Assembly (NCBI GenBank): GCA_029552745.1
Contig: JAKPDK010000167.1
Span: 73,973 to 137,972, forward strand
Reading direction: 5' to 3'
Length of the DNA: 64,000 nucleotides
Source of the DNA: Candidatus Hydrogenedentota bacterium
GTDB lineage: Bacteria; Hydrogenedentota; Hydrogenedentia; Hydrogenedentales; SLHB01
The notes beneath the pieces are model-generated. The model did not search any database. It was not told the origin of the DNA and saw only the letters and a program-made list of their open reading frames with translations. The position numbers were made by a program, and so were the translations under genes. Positions 1 through 9,755 of the stretch are shown one piece after another; the stretch's first letter is position 1, and the number at the start of each line of letters is the position of its first letter.

Positions 1-1
1 G

Positions 2-598
2 TTCAAGCGTAATCGAGAAATGCGCGTAATTCGAATCCCGAATTTCAGTAGCCTACCGAAGTTTGTTGACGAGGAAACGGACGTCCTCGAGATCAAGGTA
101 TTCGATGATGGCAGTATCGTCTTGGCAAAGCCCTATTTGTCACGTGTTCGGTCGGTGGAAGATTTCGTGCCTGCATACGCGGAACACAAAACCAAAGGCA
201 AGATTGAAATCGCCCGTCGCCCGTCTGAGCAAGAGCTCCACGACCTGCTTTTTGCGTGGTACGTCAATATTCACGTTCGGTCGAATGGAGTAGTCATCGC
301 CAAAAACGGCCAGACACTCGCCGTGGGAACAGGAGAACAGGATCGCGTCGGTGCGGTCGAACAAGCCATTCACAAAGCCAAGACCAAATACCGTGGGACG
401 GAAACGTTGCAGGGTGCCGTGATGGCTTCCGACGGGTTTTTCCCGTTCCGGGATGCAGTAGATGCCGCCACCGCCGTAGGTATCACCGCTATCGCACAAC
501 CCGGGGGCAGCGTCAGCGACTATGACGTCATCGCAGCATGCAACGAGGCAGGCGCTGCGATGGTGTTCACACTGGAACGGTGTTTTTCCCATCATTAG
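2..598 (+). CDS. purH: AICAR transformylase/IMP cyclohydrolase PurH, C-terminal part (5' truncated by window)
   Basis: Frame open from window start; motifs HVRSNGVV, GTGEQDRVGAV, MASDGFFPFRD, QPGGSVSD, terminal RCFSHH. Confidence 0.9.
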   Translation, partial: FKRNREMRVIRIPNFSSLPKFVDEETDVLEIKVFDDGSIVLAKPYLSRVRSVEDFVPAYAEHKTKGKIEIARRPSEQELHDLLFAWYVNIHVRSNGVVIAKNGQTLAVGTGEQDRVGAVEQAIHKAKTKYRGTETLQGAVMASDGFFPFRDAVDAATAVGITAIAQPGGSVSDYDVIAACNEAGAAMVFTLERCFSHH

Positions 599-640
599 CG
601 AATTGTTACTCCAAAGAATACGCCATCTTACGGGAAGGAA

Positions 641-2035
641 ATGGGTTCCGTGCCAAATCCCAACCACTGCGTTTCCCGAATAGACAATCTCATAGAAAAG
701 TTTGCAGAGGCGTTTCCCGAAGTCTCCCATCCCATTAGGGTTTGTCGCGCCCCTGGAAGGATCAATCTCCTCGGCGAACATCTCGACTACAACGGGCTAC
801 CCGTGCTACCTACCACCATTCAACACGACATTTGCATTGCATTCACCCCCCGAGACGACCATGTGATCCGTTTGAAAAACGCCGACCCACGATTTTCAGA
901 AACCGCGTTCACGAACACGGAAGACATCCCACCCTCGGAGACCGGCGCTTGGGAAAACTATTGCAAAGCCGCAATCCAGGCGCTGAATCGCCGCTTCCCA
1001 TCAAGTGCCTATCGCGGGATGAACCTCTATGTTGACGGCAACATCCCTACGGCGGCGGGGCTTTCTTCGTCTTCTGCTTTTGTCGTCGCGTGTGCCTTGG
1101 CATACCTTGCCGTGTCAGAACTGGAACTGGACAAAGACATCTCTCGGATTGAATTAGCCACGCTCCTTGCCGAGGGAGAACACTATGTGGGCACGCGTGG
1201 GGGCGGGATGGACCAAGCCATTATTCTCCTCGGCGCACAGAACTGTGCATGCAAGATCGATTTCTTTCCCTTGCGGACCGAACGAGTGCCTCTGTTTGAA
1301 GACCATGTCTTCGTAGCTGCCCATTCCCTTGTGAAAGCGGACAAAACCGGCTCTGCGTTGCAACGATACAATGCGGGACCCGCCACTTGCCGCCTGCTCA
1401 CCGCCTTGATCGAACACGCTGCCAGGCAGGCGTTCGACGACGAGATCGAGCTCGAACGCCTCGGTGACTTGTGGCAGGGACCCTTATTTCTCACCCATGA
1501 AGAAGCGGAAGCATTGGTTCGTTCCGTACTATCTGAGAAACCGTTCTCGATGGATGAGCTGTCACGTTTCTTGAATCTCTCCCCGCAAGCCATACGAGAA
1601 AAATGGCTAGGGGCGCTTGAAATGCCTCCCGAAGGACTGCCCCTACACCGCCGAGCGCGACACGTTTTAACCGAATTTCACCGCGTGGAACGAGGGCGCG
1701 ACTTTCTCCTCGCAAAAGATGCCGCCGCTTTTGGGGAGCTCATGAGTGCGTCTCACCGCAGTTGCGCATCAGATTATGAGGTCAGCTGCCCAGAACTCGA
1801 CGAGCTTACAGAAATCGCGCGTCAGGCGGGCGCGTTGGGTTCCCGCATGACCGGTGCAGGATTTGGTGGTTATACCGTGAGCCTGGTACCGCAAGCTGCC
1901 CTTCTCCAATTTCTCCAAAGAGTCTACGAAGAATACTACCGGCCTCGCGGCATGCCGCCCGACGAAGCACACAACGTGCTTTGGGCAGCTGCTCCATCCT
2001 CCGGCGCGGGCTATACACCTTCCCCATTTTCTTGA
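641..2035 (+). CDS. galK: Galactokinase (GHMP kinase family)
   Basis: APGRINLLGEHLDYN, PTAAGLSSSSA, GGMDQ and GSRMTGAGFGG motifs. Confidence 0.88.
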   Translation: MGSVPNPNHCVSRIDNLIEKFAEAFPEVSHPIRVCRAPGRINLLGEHLDYNGLPVLPTTIQHDICIAFTPRDDHVIRLKNADPRFSETAFTNTEDIPPSETGAWENYCKAAIQALNRRFPSSAYRGMNLYVDGNIPTAAGLSSSSAFVVACALAYLAVSELELDKDISRIELATLLAEGEHYVGTRGGGMDQAIILLGAQNCACKIDFFPLRTERVPLFEDHVFVAAHSLVKADKTGSALQRYNAGPATCRLLTALIEHAARQAFDDEIELERLGDLWQGPLFLTHEEAEALVRSVLSEKPFSMDELSRFLNLSPQAIREKWLGALEMPPEGLPLHRRARHVLTEFHRVERGRDFLLAKDAAAFGELMSASHRSCASDYEVSCPELDELTEIARQAGALGSRMTGAGFGGYTVSLVPQAALLQFLQRVYEEYYRPRGMPPDEAHNVLWAAAPSSGAGYTPSPFS

Positions 2036-2118
2036 GGCAAGAAGGTGTCAACCCTTGCCACGCCCTCGGTGAGGAGAACCCTCTTGCCGCCCATTACCCA
2101 GGCGACACTCCCTCTTCT

Positions 2119-2302
2119 GTAGGGGCGCAACGTTGTTGCGCCCTATCCAGACCCCAGGGGTTCCCCTAGTACCCAGGAAATTGCCGCGTCGCCCCTTCGG
2201 GGCTCCTCGTAGTGACAACGTGGGGGTAGGGCAGAAGTGGGTGATTTCTCCGAATTCTTGGGGGATTGCCTCGTCGTGACTGACGGCACTCCTCGAAATG
2301 AC
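2119..2302. repeat. Palindrome cluster: one GTAG-type REP plus two degenerate ...CTCCTCG(CA)ATGACA arms
   Basis: GTAGGGGCGCAACGTTGTTGCGCCCTAT at 2119-2146; arms at 2177-2218 and 2261-2302 match the family seen elsewhere in the window. Confidence 0.75.
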
Positions 2303-2333
2303 AGGGACGAGGGTAGTGGACTTAGACATGCTG

Positions 2334-2362
2334 TTGACAAAGAAGTATCTCGTGGGTACAAT
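2334..2362 (+). promoter_or_regulatory. Sigma-70-type promoter
   Basis: TTGACA (2334-2339), 17-nt spacer, TACAAT (2357-2362). Confidence 0.8.
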
Positions 2363-2485
2363 AGGGTCGTGCCGAGGCGGGTGTTCAATTCGGCAAGGGT
2401 AGGGGAGCCGCCGTAAGGGAGGCGGATCCCAAAACGGGCAATGGTTTTTGCAGCGGATGCTGCAGAAAGCGAAAGGAGAAAGCAA

Positions 2486-2605
2486 ATGAAATCGGAATGG
2501 TATTGGCAGCCTGGTGAGTGGTGGTGGTGGATCGCAGGCATTTTCACCGGCGGTATCGGATTTGTCGTCTATCTGCTGGGCTGGTTCTTTGACTTAGTCT
2601 TCTAG
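2486..2605 (+). CDS. 39-aa Trp-rich small membrane peptide MKSEWYWQPGEWWWWIAGIFTGGIGFVVYLLGWFFDLVF (not in ORF track)
   Basis: AAAGGAG RBS upstream of ATG 2486, TAG at 2603-2605, own promoter and terminator, single hydrophobic segment. Confidence 0.75.
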   Translation: MKSEWYWQPGEWWWWIAGIFTGGIGFVVYLLGWFFDLVF

Positions 2606-2630
2606 TCCGGTCTTTCGTACAGCGAATTAG

Positions 2631-2668
2631 GGCATGCTTCATTTTGAAGTGTGCCTTTTTCATTTTTT
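2631..2668 (+). terminator. Intrinsic terminator
   Basis: GGCATGCTTC-ATTTT-GAAGTGTGCC stem (2 G-U pairs) followed by TTTTTCATTTTTT. Confidence 0.7.
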
Positions 2669-2719
2669 AAGGAGTGGGCTGGGTTGTTACTCGTAAGAGA
2701 GCCGGTGTAGCATAATGCC

Positions 2720-4312
2720 ATGAAAGAGGCATTTCGCAGAGCATCGGCAGCGGTGCAACGTGGGCACCGATTTGTCACGCGGGATGTGTGGCGCCTGGGC
2801 AAACCGGGGGAAGAGATTCCCCACGGACTGATCATCAAACACATCCGTGTTGCCATTTTGGTGTTTCGGAACTTGAAGCGGGATGTGTTTTGGTTGCGTG
2901 CATCGGCGCTCGCCTTCACGACGTTATTGTCCATCGTGCCGTTTTTTGCCGTCATGTTCTATGTTATCCAGTCGTTTAATCTAGAGGAGGGCTTGTACAA
3001 TTTCATAGCCGAACGAGTTCGCAGCCGACTCGAAACTCATCTAGTAACCAAGCCGACTTCAAGTCCAGCAACAACGTTTCCCTCTACAGCCGAAGTCCCT
3101 TCCGCAGATTCTATGGCGGCCTCGGGCGACTCCGCTAAGGACGACACCCGGGAGCCTCCCTTGAAAGATGTACTGATTGAGTGGATCTTTCAAAATGTCG
3201 CACAAAAGACCCAAACCGAAAAAGGCGAGGTGCTTCAAGACCCGGTGCGGGCATTGATCGCGTTTGCTGAACGGAGCGCCAACCCACATGCCATAGGCAT
3301 TTCTGGGCTGTTGCTGGTGCTTGCCGCCGTCTTTAGTCTGATGATCAACATCGAGATGGCTTTCAATTCGATTTGGGGGGTAAAGCCTACGCGGTCTTGG
3401 TATCGAATCATGAGTGACTATGTATTCATCATGCTTTTGCTGCCATTCATTGCCGCGTTTGTGCTGGGACTGACGGTGGCGTTCCAAAGCAAGGGAAACG
3501 AGGCTCTTGCAACCGTTATGCGTGGAACACGGTTCGTGGTCGTGTGGCTTTGTTTTGCGCTGTTGTATTTCATCGTTCCCAATACCCGCGTGCGGTTCCG
3601 CTACGCCCTCATCGGGGGTGTCGTCGCGGGCACCGCGTGGATCGGCAACGCATGGCTATATGTAAGCTTGGTCAGTTTGACCGGATACCGCATGATTTAC
3701 GCCAGTTTTGCCCAATTCCCGCTACTGGTAGGATGGATTTACTTGAGTTGGGTGATTGTGCTGTTCGGTGCTCAGTTGACCTTTGCCTACCAGAACGAAC
3801 GCACCTTTGCCTTGGAACGGCTTGCCGCAGATGCCAGCTATGCATATCGTGAAGCAGTCGCTTTGGGGCTCATGCTCGAGATGGCGCGCCGCTTTGACTC
3901 CGGCATCGGTGGGCTCGAGCCGTCGGCTTCTGCAGCGGCATGGAATATTCCAATGAGCCTTGTCAACCAGACGCTAGACCATCTCGAATCTGCAGGCCTC
4001 ATCCGCCGCTGCGCAACAGAGCCCCCCACTTATCTGCCAGCCCGTTCGCTTGACCGTATCACGGTGAACGACGTGATCTCAGCAATCCGTGAAGCAGGCG
4101 AAGAACCGTCGGCTTTGCGGGAAGACAAGGGACTCCGCCCCTTTTTGGACATGCTGTGCGAGGTGCGAGGCCAGACGTTGGCGCAAACGTTGGCTTCTGT
4201 GATCCGTAATGAGCGTTTAAAGATTCCCGGGATCGACACCCTAGATGATTTGGGGACCGCCCCGGGAGGTCTCGACCTCACCTCACCTTCAAGTGATGCA
4301 GGGTCCCCATAA
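2720..4312 (+). CDS. YihY/virulence factor BrkB family membrane protein with C-terminal winged-helix-like extension
   Basis: ASALAFTTLLSIVP, IEMAFNSIWGV, LYFIVPN and FAQFPLLVGWIYLSW motifs; multiple TM segments. Confidence 0.85.
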   Translation: MKEAFRRASAAVQRGHRFVTRDVWRLGKPGEEIPHGLIIKHIRVAILVFRNLKRDVFWLRASALAFTTLLSIVPFFAVMFYVIQSFNLEEGLYNFIAERVRSRLETHLVTKPTSSPATTFPSTAEVPSADSMAASGDSAKDDTREPPLKDVLIEWIFQNVAQKTQTEKGEVLQDPVRALIAFAERSANPHAIGISGLLLVLAAVFSLMINIEMAFNSIWGVKPTRSWYRIMSDYVFIMLLLPFIAAFVLGLTVAFQSKGNEALATVMRGTRFVVVWLCFALLYFIVPNTRVRFRYALIGGVVAGTAWIGNAWLYVSLVSLTGYRMIYASFAQFPLLVGWIYLSWVIVLFGAQLTFAYQNERTFALERLAADASYAYREAVALGLMLEMARRFDSGIGGLEPSASAAAWNIPMSLVNQTLDHLESAGLIRRCATEPPTYLPARSLDRITVNDVISAIREAGEEPSALREDKGLRPFLDMLCEVRGQTLAQTLASVIRNERLKIPGIDTLDDLGTAPGGLDLTSPSSDAGSP

Positions 4313-4327
4313 ACGAGCTTTAGAGTA

Positions 4328-6532
4328 ATGAGCACGGATGAGCATTCTTTACCAACGCGCAGCGCGCAGCGCGTACTCGACTTCTCTTCCACAGACTCGC
4401 GGGATGACAATCTTGTAGCGGTTCGTGGCTCCGTGGAACGGATTGTCTATGAGAATGCGGAGACGGGTTTTCTCGTAGGACGCCTAAAAGAAGAAGACTC
4501 TAGCCAAGAAATTACGTTTGTGGGGTCGTTTCTCGCTGTTTCTCCGGGGGACTGTATGCGCTTATGGGGACGGTGGAGCGAAAACCCGAGATACGGCAGG
4601 GAATTTCGAGTTGAACGGTTTGAGGTACTCATACCCAGTACTGTAGAAGGCATTGAGAAGTATTTGGGTTCCGGGCTAATCGAAGGGATTGGAAAAGAGT
4701 TTGCGCGTCGTATTGTAACCGTCTTCGGTGCCGAGACCTTACGGATTATTGACGAAGAACCAGAGCGGTTGCGTTCCGTGCCCGGCATCGGCGAAAAACG
4801 CGCCGCACAGATTCGTCAAGCATGGGAAGTCCAAAAAAACATCCGAGCCATCATGGTGTTTCTTCAGGGACACGGCATAGGCGTCAATCATGCCGTGCGA
4901 ATCTACAAGCGCTATGGAGACAAGGCACTCACCGTGTTGCGCGAAAATCCCTATCGCCTGGCGGAAGACATCTCCGGTATCGCGTTTCGCACCGCCGATG
5001 CCATCGCCCAATCCTTGGGGATTCCGAAAGACTCCCCACTACGCGCTCAAGCCGGAATGCGCTATGCATTGGAACAAGCGTCTTCGGAAGGGCACGTATT
5101 CTTACCCCGTGAGGAATTGCGCGAACGCGTAATTCAATTGCTCGAAGCGACTCCCGCCCTTTTCGAAGAAGCCTTGATTAGTGCGTTGGAACGTAAAACA
5201 CTTATCAGCGACGAAAAGGGCATTTATCTGCCTCACCTCTATTATTCCGAGACGGGGGTGGCGCGGCTCCTGAAAACCATTGCAAGCAGTCCCCTACAAG
5301 AAGTCTCCATCCTCGTGGAGAAAGCCATCCCTTGGTTGGAACGCCGCTACTCCCTCCAATTGTCGGAAGAACAACGTCAAGCCATTCGAACCGCCGTAGC
5401 TGCAAAGACATTAGTGATTACCGGAGGTCCGGGCACGGGCAAAACCACCATTATTCGTAGCCTGTTGGATATCTTCGAGCAAAAGGGGCTTTCGATCGCC
5501 TTGGCAGCACCAACAGGACGCGCCGCAAAGCGTATCACCGCAGCCACCGGTCGAGAGGCAAAGACCATTCATCGTTTGCTGGAATTCAGCCCTCAAACGG
5601 GCAAATTCACGCGCAACGATACCAACCCGCTACGAATAGATATGCTAGTTGTGGATGAGTGCTCGATGGTCGACGTCCTGTTGATGTACAGCCTCTTGAA
5701 AGCCGTGCCGCCCTGTGCGCGACTTGTCCTCGTGGGCGACGTCGACCAGTTGCCATCCGTGGGACCTGGGACAGTCTTGTTCGATATCATCACCAGCAAC
5801 GTCATACCCGTCGTCTGGCTTAAGACCGTATTTCGCCAAGCAGCGGAAAGCGGCATCATCACGAATGCGCACCGAATCAATCAGGGTGCCTATCCGGAGT
5901 TCAACACGCGTGACTTTTTTTTCGTCGATCGGCAGGAGCCCGAAGGCGTTTGCACTACAATCGTAGATTTGGTCGCCCACCGAATTCCCAAACGTTTCGG
6001 CCTTGACCCCAAACGTGATATTCAGGTGTTGGCGCCCATGCACCGAGGTCCTGCCGGTGTTATCGCATTAAACGAGGCGCTCCAACGTGTCTTAAATCCC
6101 CACGGCAGCGCAATTCCAGGCAGACGATTTGGTGTGGGCGATAAAGTCATGCAACAGCGAAATAACTACGAGCTCGATGTGTTTAACGGCGATGTCGGCA
6201 TCATTTGCGGGTACGATGAGGACGATCAATCCGTATCCGTGCAGTATGATGACCGAACGGTCGTCTACCCCCGTCTGGCTCTGGACGAATTGGAACTCGC
6301 CTATGCGGGTACTGTACACAAAGCTCAGGGATCGGAATACCCTGCTGTCGTGATACCCGTTGTCCCGCAGCACCACATTATGTTACAGCGGAATGTACTC
6401 TATACGGCCGTCACCCGTGCGTCTCGTTTGGTGGTCATGGTGGGAACCCCAAAAGCCCTACATACCGCCCTGCGAAACACAAAAGTCGTCCGACGCTATT
6501 CAGGATTGGCAGACCGACTCCGCCAAAATTGA
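4328..6532 (+). CDS. recD2: ATP-dependent RecD-like DNA helicase
   Basis: N-terminal OB/HhH region (VPGIGEKRA), Walker A GGPGTGKTT, VVDECSM, GDVDQLPSVG, TVHKAQGSEY, LYTAVTRA. Confidence 0.93.
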   Translation: MSTDEHSLPTRSAQRVLDFSSTDSRDDNLVAVRGSVERIVYENAETGFLVGRLKEEDSSQEITFVGSFLAVSPGDCMRLWGRWSENPRYGREFRVERFEVLIPSTVEGIEKYLGSGLIEGIGKEFARRIVTVFGAETLRIIDEEPERLRSVPGIGEKRAAQIRQAWEVQKNIRAIMVFLQGHGIGVNHAVRIYKRYGDKALTVLRENPYRLAEDISGIAFRTADAIAQSLGIPKDSPLRAQAGMRYALEQASSEGHVFLPREELRERVIQLLEATPALFEEALISALERKTLISDEKGIYLPHLYYSETGVARLLKTIASSPLQEVSILVEKAIPWLERRYSLQLSEEQRQAIRTAVAAKTLVITGGPGTGKTTIIRSLLDIFEQKGLSIALAAPTGRAAKRITAATGREAKTIHRLLEFSPQTGKFTRNDTNPLRIDMLVVDECSMVDVLLMYSLLKAVPPCARLVLVGDVDQLPSVGPGTVLFDIITSNVIPVVWLKTVFRQAAESGIITNAHRINQGAYPEFNTRDFFFVDRQEPEGVCTTIVDLVAHRIPKRFGLDPKRDIQVLAPMHRGPAGVIALNEALQRVLNPHGSAIPGRRFGVGDKVMQQRNNYELDVFNGDVGIICGYDEDDQSVSVQYDDRTVVYPRLALDELELAYAGTVHKAQGSEYPAVVIPVVPQHHIMLQRNVLYTAVTRASRLVVMVGTPKALHTALRNTKVVRRYSGLADRLRQN

Positions 6533-6545
6533 CGCACCGCGAGAA

Positions 6546-9272
6546 CTACCAGGACTGACGTCGAACCAGCAAGACCCAGTCTCGGTCGGCGTCAGCAGGG
6601 GGAGACCCAATGGGTACCCAGTCGCCACCTTTCACGGCGCCGCCCTCTATCAAACCGCCGCCAGCGCGTGGGTTAAACCACTGGAGAACGTATCTTCCCT
6701 TCGGCAAATGAAGCGCGACGCCGCCCACCTGAGGCATATAAAGAAGATACGTTTTCGGCGGTGAGGCAAGACACCATACGCCGTCACCTCGCACTCCGTT
6801 CTCCAGCGGGACCATGTCCCAAAACGGAAGATACTGATGGAAAAACTCAAGCGCATACCGCGTTTGCGCCCACATGTTTTCACGGCTGCGCCAATCTTCG
6901 CACGTTAAGTCACTGTTCGGATAATCGTAACCAAAATACCACTCCACTCCGGCGCCGCCTGCCATCAAATTACCCCAAAGACAATACCGGCGCACCTCAT
7001 CATGGTCCGGATCCTCGGTGTCCGGTTTGACGCCGATATTCGCTGGACCGATCTCGTCGAGGCACACGATCCACGGCTTACCGGCTTCATTAGAACGCCG
7101 CACCCATTTGAGGGTCTCCGCATACGTCTTTGTCTTGTCACCCATTTGCAGCGAAGGCCCCTCCAAATAGGGATAACCTAAGAGCGGTGTATACACCTTA
7201 TCATACTGGTTCGGAAACGTATGGACGACGATAGAGTGATCATACGGGTCGAGCGCGCGAATGTATTCTGCGAATGCCTTTCGTTCTTCGTCGGTATTCG
7301 TATTTTCTTCCCCGAGGTTCCACACCACGCCGAGATGGTGAGCAAATCGCGCCACGAGCTCGCGATAATACAATCGCCGTTGAGGTCCAAGTGCTCCTTT
7401 ATCGAAAAGTTGATCGTTCTCCTGTTCTTGCGTGATCACATGCAGCATGAGTCCCAATCGATCCATGTGACGGAACACGACTTCCCATTGGTCAAGTTTG
7501 CTGCAATCAAACCGCTGGCGTTCCGTGTCGCTCGTCCACATCCAGACGTCTTTTCCGTCCCCTTTCACATTCATCGTGAGAAAATACACGGAATTCATGC
7601 CTTGCCCCGCAAGATAGTTCAATGCCCCAATTATGTTCTTGCCTTTGTTATCGCCCCACAGCGGGTCTCCCCAGCGCCAATCTCCGGCGTGCGGCTCATA
7701 ATGATGTGAGGGAGGAGTTTGATCAAAATCGACGAAAGCCAGAAAGTTCTCCGGGCTGTCTGCCCCGCCTTTAATAAAATACTCTCGACTACCCGCGAAC
7801 TGGAGATAGTGTTTGCCTACATAGTTCAGCATACCCTTGCCATAGAAACCGGGCGCTGCGAGATCGGCTTTGGCAACGCGTATCACCCCTTCTGTCCCGT
7901 CAGGTGCTGCCGGAGTTCCAGTCGTTTCCTGTCCAGCAATCGCGACGTCCTTACCGCTAACAAACGACACGCGGTATTTCCATTCGCCGGCTTCGTCAGG
8001 AACAAAATGAGCCCGCCACACGTTGCCACTGTCCGCGCCCGAGTTGCCGGCGATACCATCCGCTGCGAAATACCCCGGCACAACAACCTCGCGGCGGCCG
8101 TGCCAAAACGTGACCGAAAACTTGTAATCGGTAAACGGATTTGGGTCGCCGGATTCAGAACATGGAGGACCAAACATGGACAGAGTTAATGGAAAGTTTA
8201 CACGTGCTTCTCCCGTCATGACGATGTCATGGTTGCTGTACCCGCAAGCGCGCGCGAGCAAACCAAGTACCTGGTTCATTCGGGTCGTCCGGTCACCGCC
8301 GCACAGTTCGCCCCATTTCCCCTTGGCGCACACGAGCGCAACCCCAAGACTCGGCATGATAGCAGCGCAGTTGCCTCCGGCGCCGATTGCCATCACCGTG
8401 TCAGCCGGGGCGTCGGGCCACGTGGGCAAGTCGGGATGAAGGCGTCCCGTGCTATTGAACCACCAATTAAACCCATAGATACCAGGACCCGCCTTGGAAA
8501 AATGATCGGAGCCGCCTCCGTACGAACCAATACCCAGATAATCGTCCGTGTCGGCAGGCTGAGTCTGCGGCAAATTTTTATGCGTCTGGGGTTGCATGTA
8601 GTCATCGAAGTAATGTCTTGGAAGCACCTGGCGATGTCCCCATCTGCCCTTACTTGCCCAAAACCAGGCAATACGCGCAAAATCCCGTACCGACGCCGAC
8701 ATCCGACGCCGCACGGGATCAAACTTCAGTCCATCTTGCAGCCCGAGCGCACCGAGTCTGTTAGGTGCTTCGGCGGCTTGTTGTGGATCCTGTCGAAAAA
8801 CACAGTCAAAAAGAGTCTTTTGATACAGTTGTATGGCAAAATCGTTGTACGCCCATGCCTCCCCAGGACCTTCCGGGCGGGCGTAACCACTGTTCATACT
8901 TCCCAAGTGCCGAAACGTAATGCCCCGGTCTTTTTCTTTCAGTTCCCAGCCGAAATCTGCTATCGGTTCATCTACACTCTTGACCAGTCCTTCCTCGATG
9001 GCGAAGAACAAAAGGGTACTCAGTACCGGTTTTGCCGCCGAGAACCAATCGCCCCGTTGTTTCTGATCTCCCCACGCTTTGACAATATACCCATCTTTGA
9101 TGATGCACCCCCGACCTTCCAGTAATGCCGCTATTTCATCCAGTTTCGCCGCGTCCATTTTCATGCGTTCCGGCTCTCGGGACTCCCACTCCTCCGCGGG
9201 GAAATGCAGACCTGCATGCACCACGAAGGACACTTGGAGAAACATTCCAAAAAGAACGCCCAACCTACACAT
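6546..9272 (-). CDS. Secreted fusion: beta-lactamase-like serine hydrolase plus DUF5060/TIM-barrel glycoside-hydrolase-like module
   Basis: Signal peptide; SAAK (SxxK) and WAYND in the N-half; NPFTDY, GYFAADG, WNLGEEN, WGNLMAGGAGVEWYFG and C-terminal WFNPR typical of DUF5060/DUF4038 proteins. Confidence 0.7.
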   Translation of the reverse strand: MCRLGVLFGMFLQVSFVVHAGLHFPAEEWESREPERMKMDAAKLDEIAALLEGRGCIIKDGYIVKAWGDQKQRGDWFSAAKPVLSTLLFFAIEEGLVKSVDEPIADFGWELKEKDRGITFRHLGSMNSGYARPEGPGEAWAYNDFAIQLYQKTLFDCVFRQDPQQAAEAPNRLGALGLQDGLKFDPVRRRMSASVRDFARIAWFWASKGRWGHRQVLPRHYFDDYMQPQTHKNLPQTQPADTDDYLGIGSYGGGSDHFSKAGPGIYGFNWWFNSTGRLHPDLPTWPDAPADTVMAIGAGGNCAAIMPSLGVALVCAKGKWGELCGGDRTTRMNQVLGLLARACGYSNHDIVMTGEARVNFPLTLSMFGPPCSESGDPNPFTDYKFSVTFWHGRREVVVPGYFAADGIAGNSGADSGNVWRAHFVPDEAGEWKYRVSFVSGKDVAIAGQETTGTPAAPDGTEGVIRVAKADLAAPGFYGKGMLNYVGKHYLQFAGSREYFIKGGADSPENFLAFVDFDQTPPSHHYEPHAGDWRWGDPLWGDNKGKNIIGALNYLAGQGMNSVYFLTMNVKGDGKDVWMWTSDTERQRFDCSKLDQWEVVFRHMDRLGLMLHVITQEQENDQLFDKGALGPQRRLYYRELVARFAHHLGVVWNLGEENTNTDEERKAFAEYIRALDPYDHSIVVHTFPNQYDKVYTPLLGYPYLEGPSLQMGDKTKTYAETLKWVRRSNEAGKPWIVCLDEIGPANIGVKPDTEDPDHDEVRRYCLWGNLMAGGAGVEWYFGYDYPNSDLTCEDWRSRENMWAQTRYALEFFHQYLPFWDMVPLENGVRGDGVWCLASPPKTYLLYMPQVGGVALHLPKGRYVLQWFNPRAGGGLIEGGAVKGGDWVPIGSPPADADRDWVLLVRRQSW

Positions 9273-9296
9273 ACCACTTCTCCCTGTTATTTGCGC

Positions 9297-9722
9297 CTAA
9301 AATTGGCGCAAATATGACTCAAACGAATCTGATTGGATTTCCGCCTCTTCCCAATAAGACGACACGGAACTATCCGGGGCACGTTTCAAAGGATCTCGTG
9401 CGGCAATACGTAATACCAGCCCTGCGGGAAGGAACAACACAATGAACGCGACCGTGAGAAGTACATAGGTGATTACCCAGGCAACTGCGTTCATCACCTT
9501 CTCTGACACGATATAAAGGGGACGAAGTATCCTGGGCAAAAGGAGCGACAACGCGGCGCTCACCAAGGCAAATGCCGGCAAAACTACAGGAAACGAAGGC
9601 ATGACGCCTGAACGGTGCCAGAGTAGCCCCCAACGAACTGCCGCTACGAAAAGAAAAGCGACAGCAATGGATAAACCAAATCGCCGCAGCTCCGCCGGTG
9701 ACGCCGATTCATGTTGTCTCAT
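9297..9722 (-). CDS. SxtJ-family membrane protein
   Basis: ELRRFGL, TM helices, RDPLKR...SYW...YLRQF end; directly follows a carbamoyltransferase. Confidence 0.75.
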   Translation of the reverse strand: MRQHESASPAELRRFGLSIAVAFLFVAAVRWGLLWHRSGVMPSFPVVLPAFALVSAALSLLLPRILRPLYIVSEKVMNAVAWVITYVLLTVAFIVLFLPAGLVLRIAARDPLKRAPDSSVSSYWEEAEIQSDSFESYLRQF

Positions 9723-9755
9723 GGTAACGTCACTCCGTTTGAGTCCGAAAAGTTC

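Noticed and set aside
2364..2440. ZTP (pfl) riboswitch, suggested by GGGTCGTG, GGGGAGC and GGGCA fragments and nearby purH
   Set aside because: GACTGGCG and the CGCCTGGGC pseudoknot partner are missing, P1 does not close, and purH is upstream rather than downstream.
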